A stretch of 32,000 nt of DNA from Candidatus Pacearchaeota archaeon (GTDB lineage: Archaea > Nanobdellota > Nanobdellia > Pacearchaeales > GW2011-AR1), in the NCBI GenBank assembly GCA_019662115.1, contig JAIFVW010000002.1:1-32000 (forward strand), in the 5' to 3' direction. The translations under genes were made by a program, and so were the position numbers. Within the stretch, counting starts at the first letter, position 1, and each line of letters starts with the position of its first letter. Shown here piece by piece: positions 16,598-24,761 of this stretch. A model generated the notes under the pieces. The model worked only from the letters and a program-made list of their open reading frames with translations. It was not told where the DNA came from and made no database searches.

Positions 16598-17613
16598 GGT
16601 GTTCCTTCAATGCTGCTGCAAAGTTGATTTATGTTCTGGAAGCTGTAAGGCACTGCCTGCACAAGAGAGCATCCTTTTTCATCGCCCTGATCCGTTTTAG
16701 TATTAAACGCTCCGCAATATCCTGCTGCAAGAGTCTGGCTTTGTTTTGAATTAATATACATATATCCTGCCGTGCCTCCGGCAACTGCTAAAGCGGAAAT
16801 AGCTCCTGCAGGAGTGAATGCAACAACTCTTGCAATGGCTGCGCTTGTTTTAGGAGCAATGATGAAAGATGTTCCGGCAACCGTTCCCGCTTGTTTTGCA
16901 AGATCAAGGAAAGAATCTGAGAAACTCTTGACCTTTATCTGCATGAAGACAAAAGCAATCTGTCTTCCCTGGCCTGTACTCAAGCTTTTAGCAGAATCAG
17001 AATATTGGTTTAATATATTTTCATCAACATTTGCATATGATGAGAAATCTCTATCAGTAAACGCCTCTAAATAAGTCAAATCTCTTCCAGGAACCTGGTT
17101 GTCTCTCATATATTTTCTAACATCAACCTTCTGCAACACTGCTGGATCAACATCGCTGTCAACAGCAACTCTTGAGCATATGACACATTTTGGCTCTGCC
17201 CTGACGAAATTCATGGAAGAAGAATATCTGCTGAACAAATCCAACTTGCCCTGGCCCATCATGCTCCAGCATGAATAAAGAGAGTCTGCAATAGTGCTTT
17301 CTATTATTCTAACGGCTTTATCCTGGTCGCTGGGCAATGTAACCTCTACAGAATCCTCTCCTGCGAATGACTCAGCACATGTTCCCCTGGAAGACCTTAA
17401 GCATATCTTTTGTGTAGTGCACTTTAAAGGGATAAGTGCTGAAGCTGAATCAGGCGCAGTTGCCCTGCTTAGTACAGATAGCCTGCAAAGATCTTCTTGG
17501 GAAGCCTGATTAAATCCAACTTTGTAAAGGAAAAACAGCAAAAGAAAAAGAGCGACAGCCGCAAAGAATACTCCTAAAAGAACTTCCGGCGAAAATCCCT
17601 CTCCCTTTTTCAT
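16594..17613 (-). CDS. Large class III signal peptide-like protein, 10 Cys
   Basis: The ATG at 17613 gives MKKG-EGFSPEVLLGVFFAAVALFLLLFFL; the track start at 17622 is a GTG. TATA box at 17633-17642. Confidence 0.6.
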   Translation of the reverse strand: MKKGEGFSPEVLLGVFFAAVALFLLLFFLYKVGFNQASQEDLCRLSVLSRATAPDSASALIPLKCTTQKICLRSSRGTCAESFAGEDSVEVTLPSDQDKAVRIIESTIADSLYSCWSMMGQGKLDLFSRYSSSMNFVRAEPKCVICSRVAVDSDVDPAVLQKVDVRKYMRDNQVPGRDLTYLEAFTDRDFSSYANVDENILNQYSDSAKSLSTGQGRQIAFVFMQIKVKSFSDSFLDLAKQAGTVAGTSFIIAPKTSAAIARVVAFTPAGAISALAVAGGTAGYMYINSKQSQTLAAGYCGAFNTKTDQGDEKGCSLVQAVPYSFQNINQLCSSIEGTP

Positions 17614-17632
17614 TAGAAACACACGAGAACAC

Positions 17633-17642
17633 TATTTATAAC
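17633..17642 (-). promoter_or_regulatory. Internal TATA box inside the pilin cluster
   Basis: Reads gTTATAAATA on the minus strand, about 24 nt upstream of the ATG at 17613. Confidence 0.45.
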
Positions 17643-17644
17643 TA

Positions 17645-17755
17645 TTACGTCAGCTTATTGAAAAGATAGACAATGGCCGCAAATAAAGCAGCAAAGAAGA
17701 AAAACCACAATATCCAGCTGACAATTTCTTCAGGCCCAACCATCGCTTTTTTCAT
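17645..17755 (-). CDS. 36-aa mini membrane ORF with a pilin-like N-terminus
   Basis: MKKAMVG-PEEIVSWILWFFFFAALFAAIVYLFNKLT. Missing from the track. Lies between two pilin-like genes on the same strand. Confidence 0.35.
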   Translation of the reverse strand: MKKAMVGPEEIVSWILWFFFFAALFAAIVYLFNKLT

Positions 17756-17785
17756 ACCTCCCTATAAAAAATCAAATTATTAAAT

Positions 17786-18580
17786 CTATGCGCATACGGT
17801 GTTAGAAGAGACTGGCTTTGACAAATCAACTAATATAAAGTTGGCTCCAATCTTTCTGCTGCAGAAATACATGCCATTCTCTGATTTATCTGTGCTCTTG
17901 CCATTTTCATCAACAATCTGATTGTATCGAATATTCACAGGCACTGCAAAAACATCATCTCTCCACTTTTTTACGCTATCACCATATTGTCTTAATACAA
18001 TAGGAGAACTTACCTCTTCAAGCCTGGAGCTTTCAGAATTCCATGAATACAAGGTTCCTTCCAAGGAAAGGTAATATAAATTGCTTGCAGTCTGATAAAA
18101 GTAAACATATCCTCTGTTTAGATTCATAGTTTTATCCGGATCGCGTCCAAAAGCTCTTATTTCAAGAGGAGGATTTGAAATCAAATTGCTTCTTATGCCT
18201 CTAGAATCATATATTGCCTGATAAGCTGGCGAATAAGAAACTCCTTTCCAGGTATAATAATAGTTCTTGAAATCTTTCACCAGCTCGGCAGAATAAACAT
18301 GCTTATCCGCTAAAATGACATTCCAATTTGGAGTCTTGCTGAAATCAATCCAGTCATTTCCATCATAATATTGTGTGATTTCATCCGCGATATTGTATCT
18401 TATAAGCTGAATTCCCTCAACTTTTGACTGGTTTTCGCCGAAGCTAGGGAATATATTTTGAACTTTGTTAATAAGGTCGAACTTCACTACACCTATTGCT
18501 AATGTTCCTATGACAACTGCAGCAATTACTGCCCCTATTATATATTCCATAGGCATTCCCTGAACTCCTTTTCTCTTCAT
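17786..18580 (-). CDS. Class III signal peptide protein with a Flp/Tad-like G/XXXXEY motif, 264 aa
   Basis: MKRKGVQG-MPMEYIIGAVIAAVVIGTLAIGVV. ATGA overlap with the upstream mini-pilin. Confidence 0.65.
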   Translation of the reverse strand: MKRKGVQGMPMEYIIGAVIAAVVIGTLAIGVVKFDLINKVQNIFPSFGENQSKVEGIQLIRYNIADEITQYYDGNDWIDFSKTPNWNVILADKHVYSAELVKDFKNYYYTWKGVSYSPAYQAIYDSRGIRSNLISNPPLEIRAFGRDPDKTMNLNRGYVYFYQTASNLYYLSLEGTLYSWNSESSRLEEVSSPIVLRQYGDSVKKWRDDVFAVPVNIRYNQIVDENGKSTDKSENGMYFCSRKIGANFILVDLSKPVSSNTVCA

Positions 18581-18729
18581 TTTCCAAACCTAAACAAATT
18601 TCTAAGATAGTCTAAAGCGTTTGTTGCCTTGTCAGTAAGGATGAGATATATCAAAAAAAGAAGGACTGCTGCCCCAATGGCAATAATCCATGGAACAAGA
18701 GCATCCCATACAATTTGTCCTCTTTTCAT
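18577..18729 (-). CDS. 50-aa mini-pilin (class III signal peptide), first gene of the minus-strand pilin operon
   Basis: MKRG-QIVWDALVPWIIAIGAAVLLFLIYLILTDKATNALDYLRNLFRFGK. Missing from the track. Its TGA overlaps the next ATG. TATA box about 24 nt upstream. Confidence 0.55.
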   Translation of the reverse strand: MKRGQIVWDALVPWIIAIGAAVLLFLIYLILTDKATNALDYLRNLFRFGK

Positions 18730-18745
18730 GTTTCAAGCAGATATC

Positions 18746-18782
18746 CAATATTATTAAATTTACCTACCGTATAATTTATAAC
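18746..18782. promoter_or_regulatory. Back-to-back divergent TATA boxes (pilin operon / platform gene)
   Basis: aatattattaaattt (18746-18760) serves the minus ATG at 18729. ataatttataac (18771-18782) serves the plus ATG at 18807. Confidence 0.5.
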
Positions 18783-18806
18783 ATACCATCCCTTGGGAAA
18801 ATAAAG

Positions 18807-20939
18807 ATGGTGACGACAAAAGAGATTCTTGATAAGTATAGCAGAAAGCTCGAATCACAGATATCGCAGGAACCCGAATCCGGAGATTATTTGCAGTTCA
18901 AGCAGGACATGCTTCCCGAAATATCCCGTTATGAAAAATGGGCTCAATCACTAGGAAACTTAATTAGGCTTAGAGTTGCTGATAAAGACAGGATCAGAGT
19001 GCAAAAGCAGCTTGATGCAGCCCATGTCACAGTTGATGCAAGCCAGGCTCTTACTCTTGCAACAATCTCAATGCTTTTAATTTTTCTGGCAACAGTTCTA
19101 GCAGCAGTCTCAATATTCCTAATTAATGGCTCAGTGCAGATTCTTTTTGTATTTCTTGGCCTTATAACCAGCATGTTCGTATTCTACTATACTTTCAGCA
19201 TGCCTCAAAGGCTTGCAAACGCATGGAGACTTAAAGCCTCTTCAGAAATGGTTCCCGCAATTCTCTATATAGTGGTGTATATGAAGCACACATCTAATCT
19301 TGAGAGAGCAGTGGAGTTTGCAGCCCAGCATCTTGAAGGCCCTCTTGCTCTTGATTTCAAGAAAGTATTCTACGACGTTGAAATAGGAAAATTTTCAAGT
19401 ATAAAATTATCTCTCGATAGCTATCTTGAAAGCTGGCAGGAATATGCTCCTGAATTTGTAGAATCATTCCATCTTATAGAGTCATCTCTTTTCGAGCCAT
19501 CTGAGACAAGAAGAGTGCAGATACTTGAGAAATCCCTTCAGATCATTCTAGATGGAGTGTATGAGAAAATGTTGAAATATTCAAGAGAGATAAGAAGCCC
19601 TCTGACAAACATATACATGCTTGGGATAATTCTTCCTACTCTTGGTTTGGCATTGCTCCCTCTTGCATCAACTCTTTTAGGGGGAGTTGTGCACTGGCAG
19701 CATGTTTTTATCATCTTCAATGTAATAATTCCATTCTTTGTTTTTTATCTTGTCTCTGAAGTTCTTCTTAAAAGGCCTGGAGGATATGGAGAATCTTCCA
19801 TTTTAGAGCTTAATCCAGATTATCCTAAATATAAGTCAAAAGCCCCATTCGCGAAGGCTGCCCTGATAGCCATACCTCTTTTTCTTATAGGAATCTCCCC
19901 GTTTATTTTTCAGATTTCAGCAATCACTTCTACGCTTGGAATAAAAAATGACTATACTCTTGGAGAGCTTGGAATTCCTTTCTTCCAGGCTATGAAGTTA
20001 TTTGACTTCAAGCAGGTAGGAGATAATACTGTAGGCCCGTTTAGCCCTTTGGGAGTTATTCTTAGTTTCTTCATTCCTCTTTCAATCGGATTCTTCTTTT
20101 CATCTGCATATAAAGCAAAAACCAAGGACTTGATAAAAGCAAGGGAAAACACAAAAACTCTTGAGCAGGAATTTACAAATTCCCTGTTTCAGCTTGGTAA
20201 CAGGCTTGGCGATGGAATCCCTGCAGAAATAGCATTCTCAAAGGTAGCTGAGTCAACTCAAGGGCAAGCAACACATTCATTCTTTCTTTTGACAAGCCAG
20301 AATATCCAGCAAGGAGGAATGTCTTTAGAGGAATCCATATTTGACAAGAAAAGAGGTTCAATAACATATTACCCATCATCACTTATTGCAACATCTATGC
20401 GCATCTTAGTTGAATCAGTTAGAAAAGGTTTGCAAGTTGCTGCCCGTTCTTTGATGTCAATATCAGACTATGTAAAAAATATTGATAAGATCAATCAAAG
20501 GCTGAAAGATCTTCTTGCAGAAGTTGTCTCGGATATGAAGTCTAATATGACTTTCCTTGCTCCTCTTCTTGCAGGAATAGTTGTAGGGCTTTCGGTGATG
20601 ATCACGACAATCCTCAATCAGCTTGGAACAATACAAGGAGCCGTGGCTGGAGCTTCAGGTCTGGGAGGATTCGGAAATCTTCTAGATCTCTTTAAGGTAA
20701 GCGAGATGATTCCTCCTTATTTCCTCCAGGGAATAATAGGACTTTACATTGTAGAAATAGTATTTATTCTTACAGCGGCTCTCGTCACAGTTGATGCAGG
20801 AAAAGACACTCTCAAGGAAAAATATGAGATTTCAAGAAACCTCAAAACAGGAATATCACTCTATATCATTACAGCTTTACTTGCAACTCTTGCATTGACA
20901 ACTCTAGCAACTATAGTCCTTCCAAGCCTGACAGGATAA
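18807..20939 (+). CDS. Polytopic membrane platform protein of a type IV filament system (FlaJ/TadC/PilC-like)
   Basis: About 710 aa. Cytoplasmic N-terminal region followed by many TM segments in two blocks. Convergent with the ATPase gene. Start moved to the ATG at 18807, because the track's N-terminal 39 aa overlap the mini-pilin gene and its promoter. Confidence 0.6.
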   Translation: MVTTKEILDKYSRKLESQISQEPESGDYLQFKQDMLPEISRYEKWAQSLGNLIRLRVADKDRIRVQKQLDAAHVTVDASQALTLATISMLLIFLATVLAAVSIFLINGSVQILFVFLGLITSMFVFYYTFSMPQRLANAWRLKASSEMVPAILYIVVYMKHTSNLERAVEFAAQHLEGPLALDFKKVFYDVEIGKFSSIKLSLDSYLESWQEYAPEFVESFHLIESSLFEPSETRRVQILEKSLQIILDGVYEKMLKYSREIRSPLTNIYMLGIILPTLGLALLPLASTLLGGVVHWQHVFIIFNVIIPFFVFYLVSEVLLKRPGGYGESSILELNPDYPKYKSKAPFAKAALIAIPLFLIGISPFIFQISAITSTLGIKNDYTLGELGIPFFQAMKLFDFKQVGDNTVGPFSPLGVILSFFIPLSIGFFFSSAYKAKTKDLIKARENTKTLEQEFTNSLFQLGNRLGDGIPAEIAFSKVAESTQGQATHSFFLLTSQNIQQGGMSLEESIFDKKRGSITYYPSSLIATSMRILVESVRKGLQVAARSLMSISDYVKNIDKINQRLKDLLAEVVSDMKSNMTFLAPLLAGIVVGLSVMITTILNQLGTIQGAVAGASGLGGFGNLLDLFKVSEMIPPYFLQGIIGLYIVEIVFILTAALVTVDAGKDTLKEKYEISRNLKTGISLYIITALLATLALTTLATIVLPSLTG

Positions 20940-20950
20940 TTTATGAATGA

Positions 20951-23224
20951 TTAAAAGTTGGCGGCAGAATGATAAAGCCACTTCTTCCATTCGGGAAAGA
21001 CAAGGTCGCTAACAGGAAGACCTACATTCTGAACAACCTCATCGCTTATTTTATGAAATACCGCGTTTGACAATGCATTGAATTTGGCCTCTAGTATTTC
21101 GGGTTTACCAATTCTTGCAGCCGCATCAACGATCTCCTGCTTCATCTTGCCTCTAAGAAGGATGTTATCATATACGGCATCCCAGTTTCCAGCCCAACCC
21201 TTGACTCTGGAAGCAATGCTTTTTATGATTTCAGACTCTCCATTTATTAATTCCTGTGTAGGCTCTAATTCATCTTTCTCAACATTATATCTTAGAAGGT
21301 CCACAAAACCAACTTCCTCTATTGGGTCCTTGCTCCAGTGTTTTCTCACTTCAGTTACACTTACAACTCTTTTTACCGAATGTAATCCATCAGGGGTCTT
21401 TACAGGGTTTGCAACAATGATCAAGTCAGTTGCCTTGAAGCTTGTCGCTGGCACATCTAAGTCATTTACAACTCTATCGAAAACTCCATATGGAGAATCT
21501 CCATGAATAGTCCCTGCAACCACATTTGCCAAAGCTCCAACTCTCATCGCCTCATATAATGCCTTTGCCTCAGAACTTCTAACCTCTCCTACGATAAGCG
21601 CAGAATCTCCAAGTCTTAAGCTTGCTCTTATGCCTTCACTAGCTTCAATTTCAGTAGTGCCAGCGACTAGAGCGCTACGCACTTTCAAGCGAAGTATGTC
21701 ATATCCTATAGCTCTTAGAGAGTCCACAGGAAGTTCTAAAGTGTCTTCAACTACAATGACTCTATACTTTGGCATTATCTCAAGTAGCAGGCTCCCAAGC
21801 AAAGAGGTTTTTCCAGCGCTTCTTGTTCCTGCAACCAACAAAGTTCTTGAGCCGTCAATGAGAAAACTTAGCAATCCTGCAGCGAAAGAATTAATCATTT
21901 TATTTTTAATGAACAAAGGTAAAGTCCAAGGCTGATCCCTGTGTCTTCTGAATGCATATGCTAATCCTGAAGGAGAAAGGGGTTCTTTTATAGCTGCGAC
22001 TCTAGCTCTTGAACTGCCAAAAACAAGGTCTGTATCTAAAACTGGGTTCGCCTCATCAAGCGGCCTTCCTGACTGCAATCTCAATTTAGCAGCCCAGCTT
22101 TCAGCATCTTCGTAACTAGGAAGGATGTTAGTGACGCATTCATCATATTTTTCATGTCTCACGAATACTGTATTCTGTGAAATAGGCGCATTAAGAACAA
22201 CATCTTGTAATTGCTCATCAGCTAGAAGCACCTCTATTAATCCGAATCCAATAGTATGCCTTACAAGAATCTCAGACAAGTCAGTTAGCTCCCTATAAGT
22301 TAAGTTTATCCCTTTAGATCTAGATAGTTCAGTCAATAAATCTCGGGCAACATTAAAGAATACCTGTCTTGTTCTTTCCGGATTGGTGAACTCTTCCGCC
22401 TTAGGCCTATGTTCTGTCAATACATTCCTGGCCAAGTTTAAAAGAACATGATGCTCCTCCTTCAATGCATACTCCGGAGGCATTATATGATAAAAATACT
22501 TTGAGTCATTTGGTCTTTTTAGTATTGTAACAACAATATCTCCCTGTTTTCCATCTATAGAATACTGATCAATAAGCTCTCCATCACTAGGAAGTTGCGC
22601 AATCAATCTTGTAAAAGTAAAATTAGGAAGAACATCAGGTCTGAATATAGGCTGATAAATTTCCCTGCTTCCAAGAGTGTAATCCCCTAGATTGCTTATG
22701 ACAGAGCGTATGAGTTTAGTGCTCTCTAGCAATCCAAGAAACCTTTCTAGAAATCTAATATAACTTGCAAGCGCGGGCTTTTTTGCTACGTTTCCTGAAA
22801 CAAGCTGTTCACGTAGTCCCTTTATTCTTGATCCCATTTCTACATAACATCTTACAGGATCCTGCTTTAATAGCACAAGTAAATAACTCAAGTCCTCGTA
22901 AACCTGCGAAGTCTCTCCAAAAATGCTTAGTTTCTCAGGAGACAATATTGCCTCCTGCTTAGTCATATAATTGTAAAGCCTTGCAAGCTCAGACAAAAGC
23001 AAGACTTGCTCTGATGGATAGTTGTAATTCCTTTGCTGTACAAAAACAACCCGAGAGACCTCCGGGTTTTCACCTAGGCTTTCAATTGTTCTTTCCATAA
23101 CACTAGGATTGTCAGAAAGAGAAGGAACAAAGGGCGCAGTGAGATAATTGACATACATTACATCTTCTCCCTGCTTTCTTTCAACTTCAATTGCATATAC
23201 CGGACTTCCCTCTTTAAACATCAT
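20951..23224 (-). CDS. Type II/IV secretion-family ATPase (FlaI/PilB/TadA-like) with a long N-terminal region
   Basis: 757 aa. Walker A GTRSAGKTS (about residues 466-474). Asp box VIVVEDTLEL. Walker B LIVGEVRSSEA. His box AGTIHGDS. Confidence 0.85.
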   Translation of the reverse strand: MMFKEGSPVYAIEVERKQGEDVMYVNYLTAPFVPSLSDNPSVMERTIESLGENPEVSRVVFVQQRNYNYPSEQVLLLSELARLYNYMTKQEAILSPEKLSIFGETSQVYEDLSYLLVLLKQDPVRCYVEMGSRIKGLREQLVSGNVAKKPALASYIRFLERFLGLLESTKLIRSVISNLGDYTLGSREIYQPIFRPDVLPNFTFTRLIAQLPSDGELIDQYSIDGKQGDIVVTILKRPNDSKYFYHIMPPEYALKEEHHVLLNLARNVLTEHRPKAEEFTNPERTRQVFFNVARDLLTELSRSKGINLTYRELTDLSEILVRHTIGFGLIEVLLADEQLQDVVLNAPISQNTVFVRHEKYDECVTNILPSYEDAESWAAKLRLQSGRPLDEANPVLDTDLVFGSSRARVAAIKEPLSPSGLAYAFRRHRDQPWTLPLFIKNKMINSFAAGLLSFLIDGSRTLLVAGTRSAGKTSLLGSLLLEIMPKYRVIVVEDTLELPVDSLRAIGYDILRLKVRSALVAGTTEIEASEGIRASLRLGDSALIVGEVRSSEAKALYEAMRVGALANVVAGTIHGDSPYGVFDRVVNDLDVPATSFKATDLIIVANPVKTPDGLHSVKRVVSVTEVRKHWSKDPIEEVGFVDLLRYNVEKDELEPTQELINGESEIIKSIASRVKGWAGNWDAVYDNILLRGKMKQEIVDAAARIGKPEILEAKFNALSNAVFHKISDEVVQNVGLPVSDLVFPEWKKWLYHSAANF

Positions 23225-23244
23225 TCTCTTTCATGAAACAAGAA

Positions 23245-23287
23245 GATTATATAGATTTCTATGGAAGAACAATAGAATTTTAAACCC
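23245..23287. promoter_or_regulatory. Divergent TATA boxes (ATPase / coiled-coil genes)
   Basis: gattatatagattt (23245-23258) lies about 27 nt from the ATPase ATG. gaattttaaacc (about 23274-23287) lies about 26 nt from the ATG at 23306. Confidence 0.45.
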
Positions 23288-23305
23288 TTTACTCCTTGTG
23301 AAGCC

Positions 23306-23599
23306 ATGGAAGAGGGATATCAGTCATATGGAGGGGATGTGCAGACTAGATTGCGCGATATAGAGGAAAAACAAAGACTTCTTAGAGACAGGATATTATT
23401 ATTGGGACAAACACTAGTAGAAGAAAGGGAAAAAAGTTTTAAGGAAGTGCAAGAAATGAAAAAAATAACACTGAAGCTCAAAGAGGAAAATGACAGGATG
23501 AAGGAATTCTTGCAGAGAGTCACAGAACAGCTTGGAAGTACCGCAAGAAAGGAAGAGCTCATGATGCTTCAGAGGCAGTTTGACTTATTCAGGAGATAA
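23306..23599 (+). CDS. Small coiled-coil protein, unknown function
   Basis: 97 aa, heptad-rich (RLRDIEEKQRLLRDRILLLGQTLVEEREKSFKEVQEMKK...). Confidence 0.55.
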   Translation: MEEGYQSYGGDVQTRLRDIEEKQRLLRDRILLLGQTLVEEREKSFKEVQEMKKITLKLKEENDRMKEFLQRVTEQLGSTARKEELMMLQRQFDLFRR

Positions 23600-23600
23600 A

Positions 23601-24263
23601 ATGGGAGTAATAGAAGATATACAAAGAATGCAGAATGAAGGAAGTACTGATCAGGATATAATTTATTCCCTTCAGGAAAGGGGTATCCCAAGCACACAAA
23701 TAACCGATGCTTTATCCCAGGCAAAAATAAAGAAGGCAGTGACTGAAAACGACTACGAGTCTACAGTTTCACCTGGAAATATCCCATCTCCTCAGGAATT
23801 AGGCAATCTCGGACAGAAATTTGAGGGCATGCAGCCTTCAATGATGAATGTGGCTCCCTCTCAGGCGCAAGAACAGCCTGAATATGCAGCTCAGCCTCAA
23901 TATCAAGCCTATCAGCAAAATTACGCTCAAGAGGCTCCCGGACAGCAATATGACTATAGCTATCAGCCAAGTGTAAGCCCTGATACTATTGCAGAAATAT
24001 CGGAGCAGATAGTGTCTGAAAAGATATTTGCGATAAAAAAAGAGTTTGAAAAGACAATGGACATGAAGACAATATTTGAGTCAAAGATAGAATTTATTGA
24101 TGAGCGCTTGAAGAGAATAGAGAAAATAATTGATCGCCTTCAATTGTCCATATTGCAGAAAGTAGGAGAGTACACTACAAATGTCGAAGATATAAAAAAG
24201 GAGTTAGTGGAAACACAAAAATCATTCAAGTCTCTTTCTGAAAAAAGACATCATCATAGATAG
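23601..24263 (+). CDS. Protein with a UBA-like N-terminal hairpin, Q/Y/P-rich linker and C-terminal coiled coil
   Basis: The ATG at 23601 sits 1 nt after the upstream stop with GGAG upstream. MGVIEDIQRMQNEGSTDQDIIYSLQERGIPSTQITDALSQA. PEYAAQPQYQAYQQNYAQEAPGQQYDYSYQP. C-terminal IEFIDERLKRIEKIIDRLQ. Confidence 0.55.
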   Translation: MGVIEDIQRMQNEGSTDQDIIYSLQERGIPSTQITDALSQAKIKKAVTENDYESTVSPGNIPSPQELGNLGQKFEGMQPSMMNVAPSQAQEQPEYAAQPQYQAYQQNYAQEAPGQQYDYSYQPSVSPDTIAEISEQIVSEKIFAIKKEFEKTMDMKTIFESKIEFIDERLKRIEKIIDRLQLSILQKVGEYTTNVEDIKKELVETQKSFKSLSEKRHHHR

Positions 24264-24761
24264 TTATTTGCTTCTTACTAATACCCAGCTTACTAAAGCT
24301 CCAACCACAATAAGAAGAAATGCACCAGTAATTCTTGGAGAGTATGCCCATTCCGAAAAATTGCTTGGCCCACCAGGAAGATAAGCCTCGAAATAAGATG
24401 AGAATACCATTATTGCAGAGACAATAAATATCACAATAAGGAATATAGCGAACCCTCTTCCTACCATAGGGCTCCAACTCTTTGCAAAATCTCCGCCTAT
24501 AAATCCTATAAGTGCAAGCATCAAGAACAGGCTTACAATAAGAACTGCAAACCATGGAATTATGCTTAATACATAATTTCTAGGTCCAATGGCTGATACA
24601 AATACAGTTGCTAATATAAATGAAGCAAGAAGTTCGATGAACTTATTCTCGATTACCTTTGTCTTGTTTAATACAACAAATACGACAATGAAGACAAATA
24701 AGAAACTCAATAAAGGAAGAAAAATTACAATGCCTGAAAGATCAATCTGGCTTACCATCAT
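24264..24761 (-). CDS. 4-TM membrane protein, paralog C
   Basis: 165 aa. FLPLLSFLFVFIVVFVVLNKTKVIENK. 4-nt overlap with paralog B. Confidence 0.6.
   Translation of the reverse strand: MMVSQIDLSGIVIFLPLLSFLFVFIVVFVVLNKTKVIENKFIELLASFILATVFVSAIGPRNYVLSIIPWFAVLIVSLFLMLALIGFIGGDFAKSWSPMVGRGFAIFLIVIFIVSAIMVFSSYFEAYLPGGPSNFSEWAYSPRITGAFLLIVVGALVSWVLVRSK

Noticed and set aside
21078-21506. Long antisense ORFs inside confirmed genes. Examples: 21078-21506, 21630-21935, 16772-17074, 16188-16481, 2991-3368, 3387-3734, 9154-9366, 9463-9687, 10915-11211, 1177-1434, 219-437.
   Set aside because: Each lies entirely within a strongly supported gene on the opposite strand and has low-complexity Ser/Leu/Phe-rich translations. 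These are shadow ORFs.
13699-23224. Reading the ATPase/platform/prepilin cluster as an archaellum (fla/arl) operon.
   Set aside because: There are no archaellin-like FlaB N-termini and no FlaF, FlaG or FlaH (KaiC-like) genes. The subunits are heterogeneous and unlike one another, which fits a pilus or pseudopilus instead.
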